Shown here piece after piece: positions 20,347 to 30,070 of a stretch of DNA of 64,000 nucleotides. Source of the stretch: Spirochaetia bacterium (GTDB taxonomy: Bacteria > Spirochaetota > Spirochaetia > CADAEX01); NCBI GenBank assembly GCA_963662265.2, contig CAXXHA010000036.1:96001-160000 (forward strand). The letters are read 5' to 3'. The position numbers and the translations under genes are program-made. Each line of letters starts with the position of its first letter. Position 1 is the first letter of the stretch. Under the pieces are notes generated by a model. The model did no database searches. It worked only from the letters and a program-made list of their open reading frames with translations, and was not told where the DNA came from.

Positions 20347-21954
20347 ATGAAAAACTTAACCTCGGCAATCGATAAAAACTTTTCCGGAATTATTCATTAT
20401 AAACTCCAATCATCTGTAAAAATCAACACAAACGGATTTCTGCCGACAGTTAATTCCTCCAGCGCGGGATATATGTCTGTGAAATATAATCCCTGCGCCA
20501 GGTTTGATAATATAAAAAATGTTTGCAGATCTATTTTGATTTTATCATTGCTTGTGTTCTGTTTTGTATTTCTTTTTTCAGGGTGTAAGGCAATAGAAGA
20601 GTTTACCCATATGAAAGCTCTTGAAATAAGTTCGTTTTCACCCTCTTCATCAAGAGTAAACATCAGCTCACTGAATTTTGTAAAAATAACATTTTCTGAA
20701 GAGATGGATAAAAGCAGGACAGAACAGGCGTTTACTCTTAAAAACAATTCATCAGAAGTTAACGGAATATTTTCATGGAACGGGAATACCCTTTCCTTTA
20801 TCCCTTTTGCCGGATTTAAAATAAACTCGAATTATTCAATAGAAGTCTCTGTAACAGCTGAAGATATTTACGGCAATTCTCTTCCCGAAAAGTTTGTGTT
20901 CCCGTTTTCAACATCAGAGGAATCTGATATCCCGTACTTTATTTCATCTGTTCCCGCAGACCATGATGAGATATCGGATTCGGAACAGATTATAAATCTG
21001 GAGTTTTCTGAACCGCTGATGCCTGATTCTGTTTATTCATCCTTTTCAATCTTTCCCGATATAAAAGGACATCTCGCATTAGATAATGGAAAAACTAATA
21101 TTGTATTCACCCCTCTCGAAAAATATACACCAGGTTCTGATTATACAGTTACTGTATCAGATGAGCTTTCTGACTTATCAGGAAACAGGATCAGTTCCGG
21201 AAAGGAAATATTTTTCCGGGTTGCCGAAGAGGATAAGGCTATTCTCACCTGGTTTGGGAGCAGTGGAGGGACAGAGTTTCAGGACACAGCAATTATATGT
21301 GTCAATTCAGGACTTGAGAAAAATGAAAAGCTTAAGCTGGTATATGATTCTGCAGTTCCAGATAAAGTCAGGGAAACCCCTTTTTCCATATCACCTGATG
21401 TTGAATATACTTCCGAATGGAATACTTCATCCACCGAAGCTGTAATCACATTCAGGGAAAGCCTTAAATACAATGAAATATATGAAATTACTTTAGAAGA
21501 AAAAAAATACAGGCTTCTTGTTAACGGCTCCTCTTCAAAACCTCCTGTTTTAAACAGAATAGTATACTGCGAAGATTCCGAAGCTCCTGTTTTTGTGGAA
21601 CTTACACTGAATAAGGGAATTCCTTTCAAAACATCAGAAAATGCATTCTTTGACTTTTACTTCACACTTGCAGATACTGCCTGCCTGAATGACTCTGATA
21701 TATTCAGCTGCATAAGCTTCAGGACTGTAAATGGAGACCTTTCCGTAAACCCCTTAAGAGTTGAAAATCCTCAAAGCGGAAATCCGGCCCCTTCTCCGGA
21801 TCCTGTGGCAGGCGAGTATGTTTTCCGGATCGAGTGTTCTGTAACTGACGGTACTGAAGTGTCTCCTTTCAGGATTGAAATAAGTTCCGACTTCAGAGAC
21901 TCTCTTTCCAACAGGGTTGAAGAGGAAATCAGCATTCAGGTGACGTCATTATGA
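20347..21954 (+). CDS. Second lipoprotein with tandem Ig-like (Big_5-type) domains
   Basis: ITFSEEMD, AEDIYGNSL, LEFSEPL, LSDLSGN; LFSGC lipobox. Confidence 0.75.
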   Translation: MKNLTSAIDKNFSGIIHYKLQSSVKINTNGFLPTVNSSSAGYMSVKYNPCARFDNIKNVCRSILILSLLVFCFVFLFSGCKAIEEFTHMKALEISSFSPSSSRVNISSLNFVKITFSEEMDKSRTEQAFTLKNNSSEVNGIFSWNGNTLSFIPFAGFKINSNYSIEVSVTAEDIYGNSLPEKFVFPFSTSEESDIPYFISSVPADHDEISDSEQIINLEFSEPLMPDSVYSSFSIFPDIKGHLALDNGKTNIVFTPLEKYTPGSDYTVTVSDELSDLSGNRISSGKEIFFRVAEEDKAILTWFGSSGGTEFQDTAIICVNSGLEKNEKLKLVYDSAVPDKVRETPFSISPDVEYTSEWNTSSTEAVITFRESLKYNEIYEITLEEKKYRLLVNGSSSKPPVLNRIVYCEDSEAPVFVELTLNKGIPFKTSENAFFDFYFTLADTACLNDSDIFSCISFRTVNGDLSVNPLRVENPQSGNPAPSPDPVAGEYVFRIECSVTDGTEVSPFRIEISSDFRDSLSNRVEEEISIQVTSL

Positions 21955-24900
21955 GTCTCTCAAAAATCTCTGCAAAACATCCAGTATCTGTATTGATGAT
22001 TTATACAGCTGTTGCTGTTACCGGTATAATCTCTTTTCTCAAACTGGAAATAAACATGTTTCCCGATATCAGCATACCTGCGGCATATATCATAACTGAA
22101 TGCGCTTCTCTTTCTGCAGAAGATATTGAAAAAATGATAACAGAACCTGTCGAAAATACCCTCTCTTCAGTAAGCGGGATAAAGGAAATATCCTCAGTTT
22201 CCAGGGAGGCGCTGAGTACTGTTAAACTCACTTTTTCCTGGGATGAAAACATGAAAACTGTTTCAGGAGAGATCAGGGAAAAGATTGATACCGTTTATCC
22301 TGTTCTCCCATTTGAATCAGAGAAACCGCTTCTTCTATTTTCCGACCTTTCTGAAAGAACTCTTGTTACGCTTGCTTTAGTTCCTTCTGAAGGACGTTCA
22401 GTAAGCGATATAAGCAGGATAGCGGAAACTGATCTTAAAAGCAGACTCATTTCAATTGAAGGAGTATCCGAAGTCCGTATTTCCGGCCTTGTCAGGGATG
22501 AGATAAAAATAGATGTCGATTACCCGTCATTAATTAATACCCGGCTTACCCTGGATGCTGTTATATCTGCTGTCTCTTCATCGGTTTTTTCCAGGCCTGC
22601 CGGCAAGATCTATAAAGGCAACAGGGAATACAGAATCAGGGCCGGTACAGATGTTGAAAATATTTCTGATATCGGAGAAATCCCTCTTTCCGGAAGAGAG
22701 GGGCTTAAAATATATGATATAGCTGAAGTATACACAGGTGAGAAGGAGAGAACCTCATATTTTCATTCAGACGGTAAAGACTGCATAGGTGTTGAGATAA
22801 TTAAAACCGGAAACAGCGGGCTTATAAATACTGCACAGAGGGTGAGGGATGAGCTTGAAGGGATAAAGGGTGTTTTCAGGAATGACTTCTCTGTTACCGT
22901 GATTGATGATTCTTCAGTCGAGCTTGAAAATACCCTGAAATCACTTATCTTTGCAATTCTGGCAGGCACTGTATCTGCCGCGACTGTTCTCACTCTTTTC
23001 TTTCGGAATTTTAAAACTTTGCTGACCGTTATAGTATCCCTTCCTGTTTCTCTTGCCATGGTTTTTATCTATATGTACTTTTCCGGGATCTCGTTAAACC
23101 TGATTTCCATGACAGGTCTTATAATAGGTACTGGAATGGTTTTTGACAACACAATTGTCGTTCTCGATAAACTGATTGCTGAGAGACCGAAAGACGGAGA
23201 GAGTGCTGGAATAACAGCATCAAAAACTTTTCTTCCTGTCACAGGTTCAACACTTACAACTGTACTGATCTTTCTGCCGCTTGTTTTTATACCGGGGATA
23301 TCGGGGAAACTGTTTAAAGACCTTGCTTTCACAGTTATTGCTTTTGTATCAGCAAGCGCAATAGTCTCAGAGACTGTTCCTCCGGCATTTTATATGCTTC
23401 CTGGAAAGGGTGATTATGATGCAGCTTCAATTTTGGTTTTAAAGCTTAAATCTGTTTATAAAAAATATCTTTCATTAAAAAGAATCAGAACAGGTTTCCT
23501 ATTATTTATATTTTTATCACCCCTTTCTCTGTTGATTGTCATTGATAAGGAAATTGTTCCTCCCGGGTACGGTAAAAAAGTGAGTTTGTTTGCAGAATAT
23601 CTTCCCGGATATTCCTCTGAATACTATTCTGATAAATCACTTTTGATAGAGAAGATGCTCCTTGAAAATGGAATTGCAGGAAAAGTTCATGTGAGGGGAG
23701 GTGTTAACAGGAACTCTCCCGGGGACATAAAAAGCGGGAATGCTGATATAAATACAGCTTATTTTACAATTACAGGGAAAAGCAGTTACAGGGGGAACAG
23801 CAGGAAATATGAAGCATATATAGAAAACTCTGTTTCAGAATTAATGGATTTATATTCTCTGAAAAGAGTTGAAGCCAGAAGTGATGACAGCTTTCTTGAC
23901 AGTATAACAGGCAGCAGCAAATCACTGAAATGTATCCTGCTGCTTTCCGATAGAAAAAAAGCAGATTCTCTGTTATCTGAACTTGGAAATGAATTAACAG
24001 AAAATAAGTGTTTAAAGAGTGTCAGCGGCAATTATGAAAAAGATAATCCGGAATACACTCTTCTCTTTAATAAGGAGGGATTTGCCGCATCTTCATTAAC
24101 TCCATTTGATACTGGGAAAATTCTTTACAGTTCAGTGAAAGGGGTAAAAGCAGCATCTCTTGATACAGGCAGGACAGGTGATACAGATATTCTTGTAAGG
24201 TATAAAAATAAATATACTGATTCAGCTGAAAAAATATCCTCTTTAAGAATTAATGCGAAAGAGGGGATATTTGACCCGTCATCTTTTACTGAAATCGAAT
24301 TCAATAAGAATTTCAGGACCCTGACCCGTATGAACAGAAAGAGCTGCTTTTACCTTAATATTGTCCCCTTTCCCGGGATGCATGATAAAGCGCTTTCTCT
24401 TCTTCTTAAATACAGGGACAGGGGACTTGAAATCTTATCTGTGAAAGAAATGGAAGAAAACAAGAGCCAGATAATACTCTTATTTCTATCCGCCCTTGTT
24501 CTTATCTACTTTTTCCTCGGTGCCCAGTTTGAGTCATTTCTCATACCGCTTTTTCTGATGTTTTCAATACCTCTTTCTGTGTCCGGAAGTTTTGTTATGC
24601 TTTTCCTTACCAGTCAGAGCCTTAATATAAGTTCATTTCTCGGAATACTTATTCTGACAGGAACCACAGTAAATACTGCAATAATGATTTTTGCAGGCAG
24701 AAAGAACAGGGAGTTTTCTCCTGCAGGAAACTCTGAAAAACTAATAATTTTTCAGAATCAAAAAACTCTTTCCCTATGCGATAGACAATCACGTTGCCTA
24801 CCTTCAGCAGGTGCCCGGGATGAGTCCCTTCCGCAGGTATATGGAAGTTCTCTTAAAACATCTGCTGAAAAAAGGCTTGTCCCCGCGTCAGCTGCAATCT

Positions 24901-25181
24901 TTACAACAGTCGCAGCCCTTGTTCCCTCTGCATTACAGATAAACAGCCCCCTTCAGTCATCTTCCGCTGCTGTTTTAATAGGCGGCCTTTTATCAGGAGG
25001 TGTTTCAGTGCTTATAATTTACCCGTTTCTGTTTGAAGAAAAAAATGAACCTGTAAAAATAAAAAACAGTCCGGATGTTATCCTGTCAGAACCAGGGACA
25101 AATATAAAAATGCCGACAGAGAAACCCGGCGGCAGAGTTGAAACAGTGTCAGATCTTTATGATGAAGACAGTGAACATTGA
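21951..25181 (+). CDS. RND-family permease (AcrB/SwrC-like), divergent
   Basis: HPVSVLM, FPDISIP, ITEPVEN, GMVFDNTIVV, QFESFLIP; two-repeat TM/periplasmic architecture. Confidence 0.88.
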   Translation: MSLSKISAKHPVSVLMIYTAVAVTGIISFLKLEINMFPDISIPAAYIITECASLSAEDIEKMITEPVENTLSSVSGIKEISSVSREALSTVKLTFSWDENMKTVSGEIREKIDTVYPVLPFESEKPLLLFSDLSERTLVTLALVPSEGRSVSDISRIAETDLKSRLISIEGVSEVRISGLVRDEIKIDVDYPSLINTRLTLDAVISAVSSSVFSRPAGKIYKGNREYRIRAGTDVENISDIGEIPLSGREGLKIYDIAEVYTGEKERTSYFHSDGKDCIGVEIIKTGNSGLINTAQRVRDELEGIKGVFRNDFSVTVIDDSSVELENTLKSLIFAILAGTVSAATVLTLFFRNFKTLLTVIVSLPVSLAMVFIYMYFSGISLNLISMTGLIIGTGMVFDNTIVVLDKLIAERPKDGESAGITASKTFLPVTGSTLTTVLIFLPLVFIPGISGKLFKDLAFTVIAFVSASAIVSETVPPAFYMLPGKGDYDAASILVLKLKSVYKKYLSLKRIRTGFLLFIFLSPLSLLIVIDKEIVPPGYGKKVSLFAEYLPGYSSEYYSDKSLLIEKMLLENGIAGKVHVRGGVNRNSPGDIKSGNADINTAYFTITGKSSYRGNSRKYEAYIENSVSELMDLYSLKRVEARSDDSFLDSITGSSKSLKCILLLSDRKKADSLLSELGNELTENKCLKSVSGNYEKDNPEYTLLFNKEGFAASSLTPFDTGKILYSSVKGVKAASLDTGRTGDTDILVRYKNKYTDSAEKISSLRINAKEGIFDPSSFTEIEFNKNFRTLTRMNRKSCFYLNIVPFPGMHDKALSLLLKYRDRGLEILSVKEMEENKSQIILLFLSALVLIYFFLGAQFESFLIPLFLMFSIPLSVSGSFVMLFLTSQSLNISSFLGILILTGTTVNTAIMIFAGRKNREFSPAGNSEKLIIFQNQKTLSLCDRQSRCLPSAGARDESLPQVYGSSLKTSAEKRLVPASAAIFTTVAALVPSALQINSPLQSSSAAVLIGGLLSGGVSVLIIYPFLFEEKNEPVKIKNSPDVILSEPGTNIKMPTEKPGGRVETVSDLYDEDSEH

Positions 25182-25201
25182 AATAATCAGGTGAGTGAAA
25201 A

Positions 25202-28200
25202 ATGACTCTTCAGGAAAGTTCGGTAATATATTCCAGGCACCGGGTAAGGGGTATCTTTGTTTTACTCATTTCTTTATGTTTCATCATTCCTCCTGCTTTT
25301 AATCTTTCCCCTCATTTTTATCCGGAGACTTGTGAAAAAAATATCACGGTTCAATTTGAATACGATGGAGCTTTTGAAAATGATATTGAAAAACTGATTG
25401 ATAAGCTGGAACAGAGTCTTTCTTCCCTGTCAGGACTTGAGTCGATTTATTCAGTCTCGGAATCTGAAAAAGGCACAGTCTACTGCTCTTTCTCTGAAAA
25501 GAAAGATTTTGATGAGGCATACATGGAGGTACGGGACTGTGTAAGGAGAGTATATAGTCTTTTCCCTGAAAATGTTCAGAGGCCGGTTTTTCTGAAAAGC
25601 GGTTTTAATAATTCCCCTGTATTTGCCTCCTCGTTCAATACAGATACATTCAAAGACAGTGAAGAACTTGAAAGGGCTTTCAGGGAAATAAAGGGGTGCA
25701 GCGACGCGGAAACCGGGGGAGAATTGATCAGTGAAATCATTGTAATTCCCGATGCTGAAAAAATACATTCATCAGTTTTTAATTTCAGCAGCATTATCAG
25801 CAGAATAAGATCTGAAAATACTTCTGCAGTTGTTACTCCTCCCGGCAGAAAACAGATTAAGGCAGGAGTAAAAATTAAAAATGTCAGAGATATTGAGAAA
25901 ATATATTTATCAGATTTAAATAAGATTGCTGATTATAATTCAATAAGACTCCGTAAAAAGGAACCGGATTCTGAGGGGCGTATTGACGGGGAAAAAAGAC
26001 TGATTCTCTATGCCATGAAAGAGGGGGAAAGCAGTGTTATTGAAGTCTGCAGGGATTTTGCAGAATTAACAGAAAAACTGGGAGGAGATATAGTTTTCAA
26101 CAGAGGCGAAGAGATAGAAAAAGCTCTTTTTGAAACAGCTCTGTCTGTTTCTGCCGGTATAATTGCAGTCATTATTACAGCGCTTCTTTATTTCCGGAAT
26201 ATTTCGTTTTCACTCCTTGTCATACTGAATATTCTCTTTTCAATAACAGCATCTGCTGCCTGCCTTGAAATAACTCATCACAATCTTGATGTGATAACCC
26301 TCTCAGGAATGGCTGTTGTCTCAGGTCTTGCTATAGATAATTCAATAATTTTTCTTGAAAAATATAAAAGAAAAAAGTGCTGCATTGGGAAAGCTGTTTC
26401 AGAAACAATATATTCTCTTCTTTTCTCTTTATTAACAACCTGTATTGTGTTTGTCCCGTTGATATTTGCATCATTAAAACTCAAAACAATGTTCAGCGGC
26501 ATGGCAGTTTCTGTTTCATCCGGCTTACTTGCATCATTCCTGTTTACCTTTTATTTTGTCCCTCTCTTTTTAAACCGGGAAAGCAGTATTTCAGAATATA
26601 AAGCTTCTGGAAATATTATTGATCATGGCATATTTGAAATAAAAAGTTTAAATAATAATCCGGTCAATAATATTTATAACGATAAAACCGAAACATCTGA
26701 TAAAACAGTAATCAGTAATTTTATAAACAGCATAAAGGGAATGCTGAGTAAAATATTTCGTAAAACAGTTAAAATACTTTCCTTTAATAAATTTTACCCG
26801 GTAATGCTTCTTGCCGCGCTTACCTGTATATCTTGCCTTATGTTTTCCCTGACTGAATACAGCCCTTTCAGTTTTGAAAGCAGAAACAGATTAACCCTGT
26901 TACTGGAATTCCCGGCAGGTAGCAGTTTCCAGAGCCTTAAAAAAACAGCATTTTCCGTTGAAAAAGAGCTTCTTGATTATATAAGCGAAATAAATGTAGA
27001 TAACGCAGAGTCTTCGATATCCCCGGACAACAGGGTTAGAAGTGAGTTCCATGATTCATCGGCTGCACAGATTGCCGGAAATAAAGAGAATGTACAGGAT
27101 GGAATATCTCTTGTTCTGAAAACAGGTAAAGAAAGAGCCCGGTTTGATATTAAGGCTCCTGATAGAAAATATCCTGGTTTAATCCGCCTGAAAACTGATG
27201 AAATATCATTGAAATACCCTGATCTTTATTTCCATTATCCCTCTTCTTCAGAATCTGTTAATTATTATGATATAACCATATACGGAAGAAATATTGAGAA
27301 CACAGCATATGATGCGTACAGGATTGGGAAAGCGATTGAAGCAAAATGCGGGAACCTTAAAACAGTCTACCATTTCAAACAGCCTTCTGAAGGGCTGAAA
27401 GTTGTTTTCAACATAGATAAGGCTTTTTCCTCTTCAATATCCCCGGATTCAGGGGCGAAATATATTTATACCCTGCTTACTTCCCCTGTTATAGCCAGGT
27501 ATTACTCAAACGGAACTGAACAGGATATAAGGTTCGGCTCATCAGTTTTTTATACACCAGAGACTCTGAAAAAACTGACACTCTCCGGTTCTAACTCCCC
27601 TGATAATAAAAGTGTAAAAACACTGGAAGATATCGCGGATTTTGTTCAGGATTCTCCTCCGGGCAGGATTTATCACAGGAACAGGCAGAGAGCACTGTCA
27701 ATGTCTGTGACAGGAGTGGGAGGGAAAAAGGAAGCCGCTGTAATAGAAAGAATCCTGTCTGAATTTGATTTTAAAGACGGCTGCCGTGGGGAAGGGGGCG
27801 TTATATATAATGAAAAAAAAGGGGAAAGGGGAGAACTTCTGCTTTTAATCTCTCTGTCATTCTTTTTCATAATTACCGTGCTTGTTGTTCAGTTTGAATC
27901 ATGTAAGATCCCTCTTCTCATAACTGCAGGGATCCCCTCATCTTTCCTCCTTCCTCTTTCTGTTATCCTTGTAACTGGAATGGATTTAAATGCATCCACA
28001 GCTCTTGCGCTTATTCTCTCATCCGGTATCTGTGTTAATAATTCAATTCTTGTCTTGAGCCCTTTTAAATGTAAAAAGATAATTACTCATGAAATGCTTA
28101 TATCCTCCTTATCCGGTAAAACCTGGGCAATACTGACAGCCTCATTTACAACAATCTTAAGCATCTTCCCTTTAATTATAACAGGTCCAGGCAGTATACT

Positions 28201-28300
28201 CGCACCTTTTTCAATTGTTCTTTCCTCTGGTATTCTCGGTTCACTGCTGATTCTGCCTGTTATAATTTCTTCATGCTGTACAGAAATGAAAATTAAATAA
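25202..28300 (+). CDS. Second RND-family permease, highly divergent
   Basis: GLAIDNSII, TTCIVFVPL, RIYHRNRQR, QFESCKIP, GICVNNSIL. Confidence 0.82.
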   Translation: MTLQESSVIYSRHRVRGIFVLLISLCFIIPPAFNLSPHFYPETCEKNITVQFEYDGAFENDIEKLIDKLEQSLSSLSGLESIYSVSESEKGTVYCSFSEKKDFDEAYMEVRDCVRRVYSLFPENVQRPVFLKSGFNNSPVFASSFNTDTFKDSEELERAFREIKGCSDAETGGELISEIIVIPDAEKIHSSVFNFSSIISRIRSENTSAVVTPPGRKQIKAGVKIKNVRDIEKIYLSDLNKIADYNSIRLRKKEPDSEGRIDGEKRLILYAMKEGESSVIEVCRDFAELTEKLGGDIVFNRGEEIEKALFETALSVSAGIIAVIITALLYFRNISFSLLVILNILFSITASAACLEITHHNLDVITLSGMAVVSGLAIDNSIIFLEKYKRKKCCIGKAVSETIYSLLFSLLTTCIVFVPLIFASLKLKTMFSGMAVSVSSGLLASFLFTFYFVPLFLNRESSISEYKASGNIIDHGIFEIKSLNNNPVNNIYNDKTETSDKTVISNFINSIKGMLSKIFRKTVKILSFNKFYPVMLLAALTCISCLMFSLTEYSPFSFESRNRLTLLLEFPAGSSFQSLKKTAFSVEKELLDYISEINVDNAESSISPDNRVRSEFHDSSAAQIAGNKENVQDGISLVLKTGKERARFDIKAPDRKYPGLIRLKTDEISLKYPDLYFHYPSSSESVNYYDITIYGRNIENTAYDAYRIGKAIEAKCGNLKTVYHFKQPSEGLKVVFNIDKAFSSSISPDSGAKYIYTLLTSPVIARYYSNGTEQDIRFGSSVFYTPETLKKLTLSGSNSPDNKSVKTLEDIADFVQDSPPGRIYHRNRQRALSMSVTGVGGKKEAAVIERILSEFDFKDGCRGEGGVIYNEKKGERGELLLLISLSFFFIITVLVVQFESCKIPLLITAGIPSSFLLPLSVILVTGMDLNASTALALILSSGICVNNSILVLSPFKCKKIITHEMLISSLSGKTWAILTASFTTILSIFPLIITGPGSILAPFSIVLSSGILGSLLILPVIISSCCTEMKIK

Positions 28301-28465
28301 ACTCACCATTCATTCTGTTAATGAGATGTTTGTATGCCGCATTTTAATCAGAATTTAAAATTATAGAAAAAACAGTTAAATAAAGTTATTATATATAAAT
28401 ATTGGTTTAAAACTGCTGAAATAATTACTGATGCATTTTTTGTCTGGTCTTGCAAGGGGGCATTT

Positions 28466-30070
28466 TTGGAAGAACTGTACAGGATGATTCTTGTCGATGA
28501 TGAAGATGAGGTCCGGGGACGGATATCGTCAAAGATCTCGCTGGAAAGCGGGTTTTCTGTAGTGGGAACTGCAGGGAACGGATATGATGCTATAGAACTT
28601 ATCGAAAAATACTCACCTCACATCGTTCTTACAGATATAAAAATGCCTTTTATAGACGGTATTGAACTTGCCTCAATAATCAAGCGGGATTATCCGACAA
28701 TAAGGGTTGCTTTTATTACAGGATATGATGAGTTTGATTACGCAAGGGAGGCAATTGACCTTGGTGTTGTCAGTTATCTTACCAAGCCTCTTACCCAGAA
28801 CGATGTTTCAAAATTCCTTAAGAAGCTGAAAGTAGATCTTGATAATGAATTCCAGGAAAAGTACAGCCTTGAAAAGCTGAAGAAAAAATATGAGCAGAGT
28901 ATTCCGCTTGTTATAGACAACTATTTCAGTTCATGCCTTGTTTCTTCTCGCTCCGAGAGAGGGGATGATATTGAAACTCTCAAGAATTACGGTGTATCGC
29001 TTGATGATGCAAGTTATCTGCTTTCTTTTATCAGGATTGACCGGTCTGATAAGGGAGATGTTGTGGAACTTGAGAAACTGAAACTTTCTGTAAGGTCTGT
29101 GATTAATTCAATCCTGGAAAGGCACAAGTATGATCATTACAGTTTCATGTTTGCCGATGGAATTGTCTTTGTTATAAAGGAGAAGGGAAAGCTTTTTCTT
29201 AAAGATATAGACAGTGTATTCTTTGAAATGGTTAAAATGGCTGAAAAATATCTATCTACGAATATAGATATTGGTGTGAGTTCTCTTCACAGGGAATTCT
29301 CTGAACTTTATTCAGCATATGAAGAGGCTTCAAACGCTATTGCATACAGCAAATTCCTCAATGCGGGAAGAATTGTCTATATTGACCAGCTTGAGAAAAA
29401 AACTCCGAGTTACCTGAGTCTTGGGGAAGCTGATATCAAGAATATTGAATACACTGCAAGATTCGGTACTGATTCTGAAATCAGGAACGTGATGGAAACA
29501 CTTAAGCTGAATGCTTTAAGGGATAATAAGACTATTACAAATTATCAGCTCTATATCATAAATATGATGAATGTTCTTGTTAATTTCGCGAATTCAATCG
29601 AGGCTGATCTTACCGAGATTGCGGAAGGTGATATTCTGGAGCGAATAACCAGGTTCAGGAGTCTTGACCAGCTTTTTGACTGGGTTCTTTCTGTACTGAT
29701 CAAGCTCAGGGAACGGAACCTGCATACAAAAATGAGTAATTCAAGAAAAATGCTTGAAAAGTCTGTAGCATATATTGATTCAAATTTTCAGGATCCCGGG
29801 ATTTCCATGGACAGGGTTTGCGAGGAGTTCGGGATAAGTGTTTCCTATTTGAGCCTGCTTTTCAAGAAAGATATGGGAACCACATTTGTCAAATATCTTA
29901 CAGGCCTGAGAATAGATAAAGCGAAAGAGCTTCTGAAGCTTACAGGCGACAGGATTGTTGAAATTGCAGAGCAGTGCGGTTTCAATGATGTATATTATTT
30001 CAGTCACTGTTTTAAAAAACATACAGGAGTTTCCCCGAAGAAATACCGTGAAGAACAGAATACTCTATAA
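28466..30070 (+). CDS. Two-component response regulator, receiver + AraC HTH (YesN-like)
   Basis: LVDDE, TDIKMP, YLTKP; C-terminal SYLSLLFKK..IAEQCGF..YFSHCFKK; TTG start. Confidence 0.92.
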   Translation: MEELYRMILVDDEDEVRGRISSKISLESGFSVVGTAGNGYDAIELIEKYSPHIVLTDIKMPFIDGIELASIIKRDYPTIRVAFITGYDEFDYAREAIDLGVVSYLTKPLTQNDVSKFLKKLKVDLDNEFQEKYSLEKLKKKYEQSIPLVIDNYFSSCLVSSRSERGDDIETLKNYGVSLDDASYLLSFIRIDRSDKGDVVELEKLKLSVRSVINSILERHKYDHYSFMFADGIVFVIKEKGKLFLKDIDSVFFEMVKMAEKYLSTNIDIGVSSLHREFSELYSAYEEASNAIAYSKFLNAGRIVYIDQLEKKTPSYLSLGEADIKNIEYTARFGTDSEIRNVMETLKLNALRDNKTITNYQLYIINMMNVLVNFANSIEADLTEIAEGDILERITRFRSLDQLFDWVLSVLIKLRERNLHTKMSNSRKMLEKSVAYIDSNFQDPGISMDRVCEEFGISVSYLSLLFKKDMGTTFVKYLTGLRIDKAKELLKLTGDRIVEIAEQCGFNDVYYFSHCFKKHTGVSPKKYREEQNTL

